This document shows, piece by piece, positions 1 through 19,096 of a stretch of DNA of 64,000 nucleotides. Numbering within the stretch: the first letter of the stretch is position 1; every line of letters starts with the position of its first letter. The DNA is taken from contig CM120643.1 in NCBI GenBank assembly GCA_051362555.1, positions 25,362,848 through 25,426,847 of the forward strand, given 5' to 3'. The stretch is from Lingula anatina (Eukaryota; Animalia; Brachiopoda). The notes below the pieces were generated by a model. It was not told where the DNA came from, searched no databases, and saw nothing but the letters and a program-made list of their open reading frames with translations. The position numbers and the translations under genes were made by a program.

Positions 1-410
1 TTAAATTGTCTTTGAATTTTCTTACCTCAATGCATATGCGAATTATGTAAAAGGAGCACTGAATCTTAACAAATCAGCTGTAAAAAGCGGACATATATAA
101 AGTCAACCCGTGCCATTTAATACATATATTTTAAATGACAGTACAGAAAAGCACAGAACATAAATGAGAGAAATATCTGTGAATATTTGGTTAAAAGTTA
201 ACGTGTAGCCCTAGTAGAGGGTATAAGTGACTCCCATTTCGTAGTAACTCTCGCATGATTCTTTTCGCCTTGGAGTAATATTACAATTAACCTAAGTATC
301 AAAAAGGCAAATATCAGTTTTGTTTTTCATTTGGACATATGTTAATTACGTTGATCGGTTCTTTACAGACAACAGTTTTAGCCCGGGTAAAATGAATAGC
401 CCATCTTGAC

Positions 411-3400
411 CTAAACCGCCGCCTTCATTTTTCTCTCCTGGACAAACACGTAAAGTGGAAGACTGAACGACAGCAGTGCCACGCCCACCAACATGAGACT
501 AAACTGAAATATTAATATGTGAAACGATATAGATTACATCCTTACATTTGAGAAATAACAATTGTCATAGGAGAAGTTACAACTATCAGAAAATGTTAGT
601 TTACATCTTGGCTTGTATGTTTAAATGGGGGCCGTAGCAACAGTCCGAAGGTTCATTGGTCCGAATATTCACTATTGAACCTTCGGACCAATGAACCCTT
701 GATTAAAAAATCGATGATAATGTTACCACTTTTCGGACCAATGAACCTTCGGACTATCGAGACGCCCCCGTTTAAATGTACATGGCCCAATATGTTCAAC
801 ACTTTTTGAACAACAATGCTGCCTCTTGTACGATCACTGCCTCTAAGAAGATGTTTAAAATATATTTTAGTTTGTTTTGTATTTTAAATCAAACAAAAAT
901 ATGAAATTATCTTATTTTCTATTTATTACTTATTCATTCATTCATTTCCTTGTTTTATCGGTATCTGTTAACTGATTTCATATTTTTAATTTCTGGCATA
1001 CTAGTACATTACCAACCTGGACACTGGTGTGAAAGACATGAAAGTCCGCTAGGAACCGTAGTCCGTTCTCCATTACATTATCAAGGTGACATTCGTGTCA
1101 TATGGTAACCCCAATACAACCACTACCCTGTACTAATCATATGGGACCCAGGACTTCCATTCCTCGGACTAGCATGTCTGTCACGCCGGAGGGCTAGTAT
1201 ATAGGGTAGTACTCACATAAAACGGATCGCCTTTCAGACCATCTTTTAGCCAGGTAAACATTGGGTATTGCAGCCCCGTCACCATCGTGGCGATCAGCCG
1301 CTGAATGCCAAACGCCTTTCCAAAATGTTCGTATGGAAATCTGAAATGAGAAACGGTGATGATGTAAAATAAAATGCTTGGATATTGAATTTCATTTTGT
1401 CGTTCACGCACGGTTTAGAAGATAAATTTGTATTGGCTTAATCTACCAATTCTTTATATTAAAAAATAGAGCACAGTCCAGAACGCACTACAAAGAATTG
1501 GGCCTTATTGGAGGTTCTGAAACTGCATTTCCTATAAACATCCACAAATATACTTAGGTATACATATAGGAAAGTCAACGTCCACGTCTTAGGCAATGTA
1601 TGTAGGTACACATTTATACTTACGCAAAGGCAATAAAAGCTATATGTGTGGCGTAGGTAAAAGTTCCAAGAATGCAGTGGAACGCCATGGCGGTAAACTG
1701 CATCTCCAGCACCGGTATCACGCAGGAGACCCATACAAGTAACCCTGCAGTGCTAGTTACTAGGAACGAGAACAGGAACGCTTTCGGCTCGGCTAGAAAA
1801 AAGGAAGGTATTTTACACATCAGGATAATGTTTAAAATTTAAAAATGATTTTTTTTTTTTGCTTATCTGAATATTTTCAGGTGAATCCATTGAAATTCCA
1901 CATGTAGCAAAACAGAATGACTTACGAGTTTCTGACTATTTGCCCTGAGGTAAGTTATCTATGGAAAAATATCCAGATTGTCATTTTAAATGGACTACTT
2001 TGTGTACAGCCTCTAGGTGTCCAACGGTGTTTCTACTGGGTGAAAACCTATTTGGCATAAGTCTAGACCGACCTGTTTCCAGTTCCACAATTGAAATTAA
2101 AAATGCGTATGCTTTTACCGTCTTAAGGTCGCCTTTTGCATCCGACTCAAGCATTCGTGCTCGAATTTCTCATAGTCAATTTTAATGTTATGTCGGTTAG
2201 CATGCCCGTATGGGTAAAAACTGTAATTAGGCAAATCTATATAAAATTTGCTGCCTTCTTTATTGGAATGATTGCATATCAGAAATGATCTAGAATTATA
2301 ACGTTTACCCGTTACAAGTATGCACTTACCCTCTTTGGCGACACTACTTTGTTTTCGACTGGAACGCTCAATAAGAAACCCTGTTAATAACGCCAATGGT
2401 ATGCCTCCTGCCAGTTGCAGATAGCCAAACACATCTGTGTACAGACTGACTGGAATACAACAGGACAATGGTAGCTATCCTTTTTCCGATATGATCAGTG
2501 TGCTGTCAAGTATGAAGCTTGATTTACATTTAAAAAAAAACGATAGTAAGTAATTGGCTGTACTTCTCAAAGGAGGAAATGTGTAATTGCTCCAAACTAG
2601 CGGCTTTTTTGCGTAATCGAGATTCCCACTGAGTTCACCAAAAGATTTAGATCTAGTTCAGTTCATTCTACAAAAAGTTTTTCGTTTCTCAGTCTTCGAA
2701 CCCTACCATTAAATACCCCCCCCCCCCCCAAACTACTGTTGCCCCATTTTTTTTTTACCAACTTACTTGTCCGGTGGCTTTCCCCAGTGTTCCTGAACAC
2801 GACCATCGCATTGAAACCGCCAAAATATGCCACTCCCAGCAGTACATTACACACGAACCAGATTTCAGTCATCCAAAATATGGGGCTGCGTAAGATGTCT
2901 CCGAACGTCTTTGTGTGTCCTTTCCTATCTGCAGGTGAAGACACGGCAACCGCTTCCAGGGACGCAAAGCTATCTTTTGACAGCAACTCCACAGTGCTGT
3001 TTTGTCTTGCTAACTCGCCAATGATTGTTGATCCTTCTCCTTTCTCAGTAATTTCGCCATTTGATTCGGTTTTTGTATTATCTGCAACACCGTCATGAAT
3101 CCCGCTAGCTTTCGTCTCTTCGTGATTTTTACACGTAAGTGCAACGACGAAAACGGGACCATTCCTGTCGATGGTGTGTTTTTTATGGTCTGCTAATGAA
3201 CTTGGTACATAATCCAATTCCTTCTGAAGTTTTTCCTTGTCATTGTCGCTTCTTTTCTTCTCTCTTGGAGGAAGGACAATCGTCGTGACCGTGCTAATAA
3301 CAAACGAGACACCGGCAAGACAGAGTAAAGACGCCTTGTGAGATATGTGGTTATCATAAGCGATCTGAAAAATTACAATGAAGGTACTTGTTATTCCCAT

Positions 3401-6231
3401 CATTTTATTTGAATGAAGTTGTGTAAGCCAAATTATGCCATCTTGCCTATAGCCGTGTGATTCTCACATCCAAATGTAGCAAGTGTGTGTCCGTGGTGGA
3501 CACTTCCTGGACTTTTTACCTTCACTGTTCAAACTGTGTATTCAGATATTATGCACGCTTTTCAAAAATCTCGAATATTGAAATTTACACATTCAAAACA
3601 ATGCGTAAATTAGGCGAAATAATAGCAACATCTGTTTCAAAAACCACTTTTCAAATGGCTCGAGTTGAGAGAAATCAGTGGACTCACCTTGACTAGTACA
3701 AAGGTAAACGTGCTCATGCCACATACCCCAGACATCAGGGTCCCCAGGGTATTCTTTCTGGAGGGAAACAACTGGGGCATCTGCATCCCAGTCACAGTGT
3801 ACATGTTACCCCCCAGAAGGTGGAAGGCGGCCCCCGGAAATAACAGCCACTCGGTACCTGGGAAACATGAATAAATAAATACTAGTAAGTATGATACGTA
3901 CAGAGTTAATGAATAATTGAATAATTGATAAATTTACTTAAGGAAACATGTACGGGCTGTCACTGTCTTAATTTGTTCTTATTTACTTCACAGATAACCT
4001 ATTTTAATACTCGACACAATGGGTCCTTTGTAAGTAAAAGATTACGATTACTGTTCAAATATTTTTTTCAGCCTAGAGAAGAGGTCAGAGTGTGTAAGAA
4101 ATCGTTCTCTCGGCTTATGCCAAGAGACGACCGCTTTTAAGACGTGTAGGCCTATACAAAAGGCTGGTTCAGTTTGGAATGACTGTAACGGGAGGCACTA
4201 GGAAAACAGAAGTCTTCCAGTAGAGGAGGCCAGACAAAGCGTTACCATAAAGAGTTACCATAAACTGATCCTTTGACTGAAAATGTTACGCATTTCTGTT
4301 GTGTAAGCTTTATTCGACACAAAAGCGACAACATGCATTGATTGTGAATTTGTTTTAAAAAAGGGTTAAATTGAGCCAAATTTCTGTCACAAACCTGACC
4401 AAATGCCACCAAATAGCTTCAAGTTGGTTTATGACTTTGCAAATCGGCTTTATTTTAGAAAAAAAAAGAAATTAGAAGAAGTGGTTTATGTTTGTTACTG
4501 GTAATCCACACTCGCTTTATATGTAAGTTTAAAAAGAGTTAAACTTGAATTACAAGGTATTTTTCAAGTTTTTTTCATGTGAGGATCTGAACTGTTTTAC
4601 GGACCCAAGACTAATTGTTCTTAATTACCTCTCTGAGCGAATGCCATTAAAACTGCTCCACCAACATTCAATATCCTGCAAATAAATTTATAATAATGAC
4701 AAATTTAATTGAATAATAATATTTAATTTAAGGCTGGAAATTTTATATTTCCATCCAGGTTTTTAATCATTGATGTAACCCACAAAAAAATATATAACTA
4801 GCGGTCTAAAAAATTATAATTGCTTTCAATTGTAATTGCTTTGTAGAAAACACACGAGTCTCCATTGTTAGTAGGGATCAGGTGACAGATTTGATAGGTT
4901 TTAATGTAAAAAAATAAGGACTTCATTTAATTCATGTCTTCGGCCTTGTTTCAGGAATAACGAAGTGCTTCAGAAAATGATCAAGCTCGCTCTTGTTACA
5001 CATGCACAGTACGTACTAATACATTTGCCTTACTTTATCATTTTATCGGGCTGTCAGATTTAAATGTATTCATTTACTTGCCACAAAAGTTTTTGACTCA
5101 GTAAAAAAAATGATCACTTTTCCCCATTTAGCACGAGTTTAACAAATGAGGTTACTCGAGCATTTGAGGAAAACCGAAAACCGATGTCCTTTGGCATCTT
5201 TGCACAATATAACAAATTACCCCTTCAATTTTCTTAAAATGAATTACGAGGGAAAATAGATATCAGCACAGAATATTGCACGCTGTGTCAATATAAGCTG
5301 CTCATGGACTGTGCAGGACACTTGTAATCTTAAAGATATATACCACATTAGGCAATATTAACCTAAAAATGCCCTTGTATAAAACTGAACGCCCTAATAT
5401 TATTATGTTATGTTCATGGATAATATATGTTTTTAAATAAAGTATGACCATTTTACTGATGGCTTCATATCAGCAATCTTGGGATTAAATTGCCATTTTT
5501 AAATCCTTAATATCCTCTTTTACCTGTGCTCATTTAAGAAACATTCCGACGTCAAGTGGGAGCAGTGCACGAGTAAGTTAAATTATTAAACACCAACTAG
5601 AAAAGGAGGGGAACTCTCTCAGTTACGTAACACACTTGTGCGCAAAACCACTGGCAATTGCTATCTGCGACCGTTTTATGTTATTGGGTTTAGCTCGAAA
5701 ACCGCTTCCAGGTATTACATAAGTTAAAACAGCAGTCTGCGCTTTCGACGGCCTTGGAAACAACCTTTTGCAGAGCGACAACATCGCAGTTAGAACCATT
5801 GACAGCTTGGACGCCACGGCTAATTGAACTTCAGAACATAAATAGGAGAAAAAAAAATGCGCCAAACCCAAAACTCACATGCATATAATTCGAATCACCG
5901 TGGTTCCAAAATGGTCGTAAACGTATCCCAATGGCGTCATGGCAACAAGGGACACTAAAGCTGTCGTATAGGTCAGGTTGAGCATTTCCTCCTGGGAGGA
6001 GCATTCTCTCTCCCCGGGGCAGCCGAGGTACATGTAAGTGTGATTCCCGCCCGTGCTATTAAAGCCATTGCTCTCGTCAGCAAAACCACAAAGCTCGACG
6101 AAAAACTTCTCCTCCCTGAAGATATAAACTAGAGAAGGCCAGCCAAGAACTGGAACGCTGTAGAGACCGACCTCTAGCAAAACGCATGCCACAACAAAGC
6201 ACTTATATCCAAGAGATTCCTTGTATGACAT
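411..6231 (-). CDS. SLC43A3: SLC43-family MFS transporter (SLC43A3/ENBT1-like), 8 coding exons, ~557 aa
   Basis: Exons on minus: 6231-5879, 4675-4629, 3857-3688, 3364-2767, 2449-2330, 1792-1624, 1340-1217, 503-411. All introns GT-AG with consistent phases, total 1674 nt, TAG at 413-411. Motifs LGWPSLVYIF, CSSQEEMLNL, GYVYDHFG, FPYEHFGKAFG and LQYPMF...DPFY match SLC43 proteins. Assignment among SLC43A1/2/3 is tentative. Confidence 0.88.
627..769. mobile_element. Small MITE with GG...CC ends and 8-bp TSD
   Basis: Inverted repeats AGTCCGAAGGTTCATTGGTCCGAA / TTCGGACCAATGAACCTTCGGACT. Direct repeat GTTTAAAT at 619-626 and 770-777. Confidence 0.75.
1024..1189. mobile_element. MITE-like interspersed repeat, same family as 36603-36777
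   Basis: Aligns along its length to the reverse complement of 36603-36777 (GAACCGTAGTCCG, GGTGACATTCGT, CTGTACTAATCATATGGGA, GGACTTCCATTCCT). Confidence 0.7.
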
Positions 6232-7132
6232 TGCTTTTACTAACTGAACGGAGTAGCTGCTTCTGATCGGTACAACTTTTGTCAGTTAGTCAGAAATATT
6301 GGATTGCGCTAAGGCAGTAAGTAACGCTGCGCAAACTACACACAACTGATTTGCTGTCGCTTGCACAGAGTGAACACCCTACCCCATACACACAGCCTTC
6401 AAGGTCGACAAAGTAGGTATTTTTATTTAATAATTAACTTAATAAACCCGTTTGTCAATTCGTGTTGCTGTGCTACAGTTAAGCTTTTCGTGATATTGCC
6501 AGAGCGAAATGGTCTGTTTCAGTGTACCGCAATCATAGGTCCAAGAGAGCTATCTAAAGTAAATGTTTTTAAAAGATTGGAAATGTGCAAAACGTATTGT
6601 GAATGTCATTGATAACCCTCTCAGCGGCCACCCCACATTTCATAGTTGCTATAGCCATAACCAAACAATGTCGGAGATACTGGGGAGATATTGGGCAGGT
6701 GCGAAGTTGACAAGTGCCACGCACCCTGATAATAGTGATACAGTGATGAGGTGTCATACACGTCATTTCACCATATTTCAAATCGCATTAATTAATAAAT
6801 ACATTAAATCAAAAATAATTGTAGACATAAGGCCGTCATAAAAATTGTATGGTCATCTCTATAGATTATTTAAATCACTCGCCAATGTAAATCGTAATTC
6901 ATGTAGATAACTGACCAATTCAGCATAAAGTTAAATTTTTGAAAAAAAAATACTCATTTGCTACAAGCACCTACACTTATCTTAAAATTAGTTTTTATTT
7001 TTATCAAATCGTGTAAAGGAAAATAAAAACTTATTATTTTTTCTTCAAAATGAAGTTTCTTTGCTCCAAACAACGTTTTCTCTAAGAGCCCTCAAAGAAG
7101 ATTCCGAGTAGGCCTACTACGGTCTGGTTTCG

Positions 7133-7136
<4 letters not shown>

Positions 7137-7180
<44 letters not shown>

Positions 7181-7201
7181 AATCAATTAATTAATTAATT
7201 A
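7137..7201. repeat. (AAAT)n followed by (TAAT)n microsatellite
   Basis: Directly visible. Confidence 0.9.
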
Positions 7202-7298
7202 AAAAAAAACCAAGTGTTCTGTGAGTGCATTCAGAACAGATGATCCGAGGACTTACTGATCCGCGGACTAAATATAGCTGACAACTGACAAGTGTCTT

Positions 7299-7488
7299 CA
7301 GGCCCATAGTTGTGGGGGGGGGGGGGGGGGGAGTCGGGGGTTCGAAAGAACCGCCTCTTTTGCTGGGAAAAGGTCCACTCTGGGTAAAATTTGATCTAGT
7401 TACATTAAGCTTTTATGGGAAAAGGTCCATTTTTTCAGAAAAAGACACCCCCCACCCCCCGCTTTGGAAATTGCTGGCTACGGGCCTG
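7299..7488. mobile_element. Non-autonomous DNA transposon, CAGG...CCTG ends, 5-bp TSD
   Basis: CAGGCCCATAG...CTACGGGCCTG with subterminal G/C runs. GTCTT duplicated at 7294-7298 and 7489-7493. Confidence 0.7.
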
Positions 7489-7717
7489 GTCTTCTTCTGC
7501 TTGTAGGTACGCCTATACTATCCGGATTTATCCGGATTTATCGTGGCCCTGCTGGAGCAAGCGTTGGGTTGGATGTGGACAAAATAACCAGATTATTTTG
7601 TCCATGGGTAGGAACTTCATCTCTGCAGCCTGCAATGTACCTCCGGCCAGGCAGATTCCCACCTATCACCACGAGTTCTGTCTGGAAATTGCCATTAACC
7701 CCCCCCCCCCCCAACCA

Positions 7718-8043
7718 CCCTTGGCAAAATGAAAAGTTTGCAGCAATATTGCAGCAAATTTGCTGCAAAATTAATTTTAGTTAGCGGCAACCATGCAGTT
7801 TTCAGTAGTTCGCAAGAAAAAAATGTACTGCTGCCAATTTGCGGCAAATTTGCAAGGACATCTAAAATTTGCAGCAGGTTTGCAAGAAAGTATTTTTGTT
7901 CTAGCAAATTTGCAGCAAATGAGCAGCAAATTTGCAAGAACGTCTTAAGTTTGCATTAAGTTTGCAAGAAAGTACAGAACGTCTTGCAATTTAGCAGCAA
8001 GTTTGCAAAAGAGTTTGGGACAGGTCTGATATTTTGCTAAGGG
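7718..8043. mobile_element. EnSpm/CACTA-like MITE, CCC...GGG ends, 2-bp TSD
   Basis: TIR CCCTTGGCAAAAT / ATTTTGCTAAGGG, internal GCAGCAAATTT repeats, CA on both flanks. Shorter relatives at 37736-37887, 42907-43057 and ~49078-49180. Confidence 0.75.
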
Positions 8044-8595
8044 CATAATTAACACTGTGCCAGATCACACAGCCATGTCAGCATGGAGTCAAAAAAAGAA
8101 CCCCACACCTCGCATCCGCTGACCTCCCCCCCCCCCCCCCTTCAAATAATCCTGGATTCGCAACTCTATTCCACGCGTATTCAGAAATGTTCCGCCAATG
8201 TTCTGATACTCAGATCGCACTGGCCATCCCATTTGGAGGCATTTAGGCACCTATAGTGGGGGGGGGGGGGGGGGGGGGGGGAGAGATGGTTCGCATTGTT
8301 AAACCAGTCTTCTGTTTTTCTGGATTTACGTGAATTATCAATGACATGGTATAAAACTGGGTGATTCGGGTTGTGACGGTCTTTGCATGCTGTGAACATC
8401 AAAACGCACATCAAAACGCATCAAAACGCACGACTCTTTTGCTGTACTAGGCCTACTGTAAGAGGCAGCCTCGGTTTCCGGTCCTTGTTTCATACGGGCG
8501 CAGTGTGGCCCAGGCTTCGGCAAACACTTCCGTTTACCGGTGGCTTGATAAGGTGTGATATTTTAGAACTCTTTCGGGCAAATATGTAGGTTAGC

Positions 8596-10612
8596 ATGAG
8601 TAGAATGGCGACGTCAGGTTTCATGAATTACGCCAGACTTAGAATATGCATATTTAGGCAAAATGTGCAGCTTTCAGATAAAACTGTCACCCGTTTATGT
8701 GCCAGGTTCTACATTAATGTCACGGCGCCTGGAAGTCATGCCAGCGACATTAAGTTGACCAGTTCGGCAGTAAATACTTGTGCAAAAACATCGATCACAC
8801 AAACAGTTGTTCGTTTTAAGTCAGACAGTGGACAACATGATAAAAGAGAGCGCAGTGTCGTGGAGACGGACCCAGAAAACCGCCCGTTTTCAGAGCTTTC
8901 AACCGCACAGAAAGGTACTGTACTATAAGTTTGACTTATGTTATAAATATGCTTTTGCCTGCATTGTATGACAAACGGGAGCAGCCCTATAATCTGTTTC
9001 ATTTTTTTTCATATCTTACAAGTACTTGCTTGGTTAATACTTATTTCATGTACATTTTTTTCAGTCGGCCGTGTTGGAAAGGATTCTGTTCTTGGCTTGT
9101 GGATAATTCTGGGATTAGGTGCTACAGGTAATCATATACATTATTGTCCTGTTTAGACATGTCAAACTGTACAAATTTTAATTCCAATTCTGTGTGCGAT
9201 CTTGCTAAAATTGTACTAGCACAAAAAGTTATGAACAAGCACTGTTATTTACACTTACTGCTATTAATAATATGTGCTAATGTATAAAGATATAATCATT
9301 AAAGAAACCATAACTGTAAAATGGCATTCAACTATAGTTAATAAGCAATTACCTTGGCTTTCAAAACCACTCCTTGCATCAGAAGTCGGTGAAGAGAAGT
9401 TTTCAGTAGATATATTATTTTATGGTGGCATAATTTGCTGACTCATGTAATGAACTTTTCCAACTAATTTCTTTCTTATAACAGGTAGTTTATTTTACTT
9501 CGTGTATCGAGAACTGTTCTCTCGAGAAAGTCCATATGGAATATATGAAGAAGCCATGGACATATGCTTGAAAGATACAAGAGTAAGTTCTGATTTACTA
9601 GTAAAGATATAGTTACTATAAGGATATGATTATTTGTTGCCAGAGTATATGTGCTCTCTTTCTCTCTCTCTCTCTCGCTCTCTGTGACAGTGTGTTGTAT
9701 ACATTTGTTAATGTTTTAAGGTACAAGAAGCATTGGGCAAGCCACTTAAAGCTCATGGTGAAACCTCAGGAAGAGGACGCAGGAGACACATCAGGTACAA
9801 AATTGGATAAAATATGTTATTTAAATTTATTTTTAATCCATTGTTAATTGTTACTGTTGGTTGATATTTTTCTTGGGCTTTCACAGTGTTTACATGAATT
9901 TAAAAGTATCATATCTCTATCCCTCTAAATGATGCACACACTAACTATTTTTACTATTCCAACAAGTGTATAATGATATATAACCTTTTCCTTCAATTTC
10001 CTGTTCCAGGCATACAATTTACGAGTTTCAAGGCCATCAACATATGAGACTTCAGTTTTACTTGAAAGGAAAGAGAGAAAGGGCCACAGCTCACGTGGAG
10101 GTCAGAAAGGTAGGACAAACATAGCAGAACGAGGTCATAGCTGACAGATGCTGCTTGCCACAACAGTTTTACTTATTTCCTAGGATGATGTGACATATGA
10201 TGTGATTGTGTTGTCAATGGAAAGCTTGAGCACACCTAACACATTTCACATAAAAATCAATGTCACATTTAGCAGGCTTCAAGATAAAATATTGCTTTGG
10301 CTTTAAACTCTGAGATTTATTAATTTGGGATTCAGAGCGTATCTGTTCATCTAGTGCAGCAGACAAACACATATGTTCTAACACAAGCACACACGTTTTG
10401 TTTTTTAAGTATGGGTATATTTGATGGAATTTACTGTTTCACATATGATAATGTATTTTGGGTATTCATTTCAGAACGACAACAATAAATACGAATACAG
10501 ATATCTCTTTGTTGAAACTGATGGCTTCCCAAGGCGAGTAATCACTCTGAAAGACAACAGAGCACAGCTGCAAACAGGAGGAACTGCAGGATCAGTTGGC
10601 ATGAGCATGTAG
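8596..10612 (+). CDS. TIMM21: Mitochondrial inner membrane translocase subunit Tim21, 6 exons, ~263 aa
   Basis: Exons 8596-8914, 9065-9127, 9485-9582, 9721-9794, 10010-10109, 10475-10612, GT-AG, 792 nt. Basic presequence, one TM segment (LGLWIILGLGATGSLFYFVY), then RELFSRESP, AHGETSGRGRRRHI, HMRLQFYLKG and YEYRYLFVE..GFPRRVITLKDNR, all typical of Tim21. Confidence 0.95.
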
Positions 10613-12345
10613 AGAGAGATCCAGTGTCTTCAACTGAGGTCATTTTCACAAACTGACCTAGCTTGGATGGCTGAAATGTAGAACCTGATGCCATATCTAT
10701 AAACTGACATTGTGATTTCCCAAGCAGTTTAAAAGACATGAGAGTCATCCTAGATAGCTCAACGTCTGGTGACTTTGCATAAAATCAAGATTTGAAGGAG
10801 AGTGTGGCCAGAAATATTGGCATACTAGCGGGTGTTGTGTTGCAATAAATATGATAATAAATTAAAACTGCCAGAATTCATGTGTGGGTGTTTTCCAGAC
10901 CATTTCCTGAAATTTCTGTAGAATAACAGTCTTTAGCACCATGGTGCTTTTTGGCATGTTTTGTGAATTTCTTTAATTTGTATCACTTTCTGACAACATT
11001 CTCGTCACAACTAGTTTGAGGGTCCTTATCACATCTGCCAGACTTCAAGATGAAAGATTGCTTTGGCTTGCAACATTACTTTAAGTTAAGTTCATTGTCA
11101 AAGATTCTCACTTGTTTTATAGTCTCACAGGACACAATGCAATGCCAAGAGACTCTTTTTTTTATGCTATGTCAGATGATTTCCATTAAACAAGGTATAT
11201 CAAGAGCTTCCTTTGGCATAAAATCTCAACAAGGTCTGTAGTGAACAGAAAATGTCACCTAGATGCTGCTGCTGCTTAAGTAACAGTACAGGGATAAGTT
11301 GCTCAGTTGTTAGAACAGCCAAACTAAATATCTTTTATAAAAAACTCACCCAAAATGGATAAAAACACATAGCCACTTGTGACACATTAGACATAATTTA
11401 AAACCATAAAACTACACAAGCGAGTCGATTCATATCTTGATATTATAATTTGAAAATAAATATGTTATATCTTAAAATAGTAATACTTGTTTTAGCACCA
11501 GGGAAGGTTAAAAGAATCTTCTGAAACATTAAGAATATTGCTCTTTTAGGGAGAAAAACATGAAAAATGTGACACCATACCATTCGTCATTAAACAAGAC
11601 CCGTATTATGTACCAAAAATTTGGGCCTTAAGGCACACAACAGCAAAATTAATAGTGATTGCATCAGGGGTGTCTCTCTTTTCACCAGTTCTGAATCAGC
11701 TTTTGCAGTTTGTCTAACTGAACATGTGATTCTTGCGATGTCACTATGACCTCAATCTAAAGGAAAACTATGAAACAGATTAATAATAAAAACTTCAATC
11801 AATGAATGCACAATCAATAAACTGTGTTGGCAAGATCTGCTGTTATCTTCTCATATGCTTTAAGATCACATTTCAAAATATTCTTTAAACTGAATTTCAT
11901 GCATCATCTTTTAATATAATATATAATATAATATCAGTTGGAAATTGATCATGATACAAAACTTGAAAAAAAGTATTGATTGTGAAATGAATTCAGGAAG
12001 TTAAATTAAGGCAAGAGGTACTTGTTGGTGGCTTATATGGCATAGTTGAAGTTTTCCTGGAAATGTGAATTACAATTTTTTGGTTTTGTTTTTTCATTTT
12101 TAGTCGCTCTAACTTCTAAGAATAAAACTAGAAATGCGTGAAAGTATATATATTAGAAAAATAGGACTTTTAATTTTCAGTGGTTTTGTAAGAGGATATT
12201 ACTAGTATACCTTGATGATAAAGACGAAATGGCTAAATTCTTAAGGCTTTTTTTTCTTTCACACAATAAACATCTGAACACCATGGCCTGGAAAAGCACG
12301 TTTGACTTGTTCAAGACTCGCGCCTTTGGCTTCTCAATATTTTTG

Positions 12346-12452
12346 ACCAATCAAAATGTAAGCAATAATTCGCTCCGATGATATTCCAATATGGTGGACC
12401 ACAGACAGATTAATCTCTTGGCAAGCTGTTGAGTTGAAACTACAGTGAGCAG
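12346..12452 (+). promoter_or_regulatory. Putative promoter and non-coding first exon of SLC66A2
   Basis: CCAAT box at ~12347 and strong donor CAG/GTAAGT after 12452. Matching acceptor TTACAG ends at 13547, upstream of the ATG at 13620. Inferred without transcript data. Confidence 0.5.
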
Positions 12453-13399
12453 GTAAGTGAAAAGTTCACGAATTCTGTAAAAATGTATTGTGTTGATTGT
12501 TTGGAATATTTTAATGAACGCTCTTGGATTAGATACTCATACAGCCTGAATAATGATGGCGTAATCACGTACTCGCCCAGCCTCTACTAAGTAATTATGG
12601 CCAAGTAATAATACTTCATGGTAATATTGGGACGTGGAAGATCACAAGCAAATGCTTACCGGTATATAGACTTGTTAATACTTATTTATAACTGATTAAT
12701 AATAGCGTTAGCGTTTAAAAAGTGGACATGTAAGGAAATGGGAGAATATCACCTAAGATACTTACAGATTGAAAACTTTTTCAGCAAAATTATACTGACT
12801 ACTTTAGTATTTACCCAGAATGCCCCAAAATTTTTTAATGTAACTTGAAAGACATTCATTGAGAGACCATTTAAGGATTACATGGTCTTCCTTTCATGTA
12901 GGTCCGCCATATTTAGTCTCAGCCTTGCTAGAACTTGTCTCTTCTCGTTGTGAATGCTCTCTAAGTCTGTGAAATTTGAGGTTTTTAAAAATTCATTCAT
13001 GTGTTCATTTGTGATATTCAGATGCTAGTAGATTAGTTATGCAATTTACTTTCATCTTGGATGTTTATCGTGGATTAGAAATGATCTGCTTAGACTTAGT
13101 CAACTTACTGTGGATTATCCACCTAGTGAAAGCTTATAAAACAAGAGAATTAATAGATAAAACATTCAAAAATAAAGCACAATTAAATCAATGAAATTGA
13201 TAAAGAAACTCATTAAACATATTACACAAAGTGGACAACTACAAATATACAAACATTTCACTTGGCAAATAGAGAAATAATCATTATAAATATATGCAAA
13301 GTTGACAGCCATCGATGTTCTGCTTGACTACATATAAAAGCAGTCAATATCATGGTTAATTTTCACGCAAGAGGCAGTCCATGTCATTTACAAGAGATT

Positions 13400-19096
<5,697 letters not shown>

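Noticed and set aside
2739-3098. 119-aa plus-strand ORF
   Set aside because: Antisense shadow of SLC43 exon 4 with no independent features.
7312-7959. Cluster of overlapping ORFs with poly-Gly/Pro and AANL-type repeats
   Set aside because: Translations of MITE G/C runs and GCAGCAAATTT repeats.
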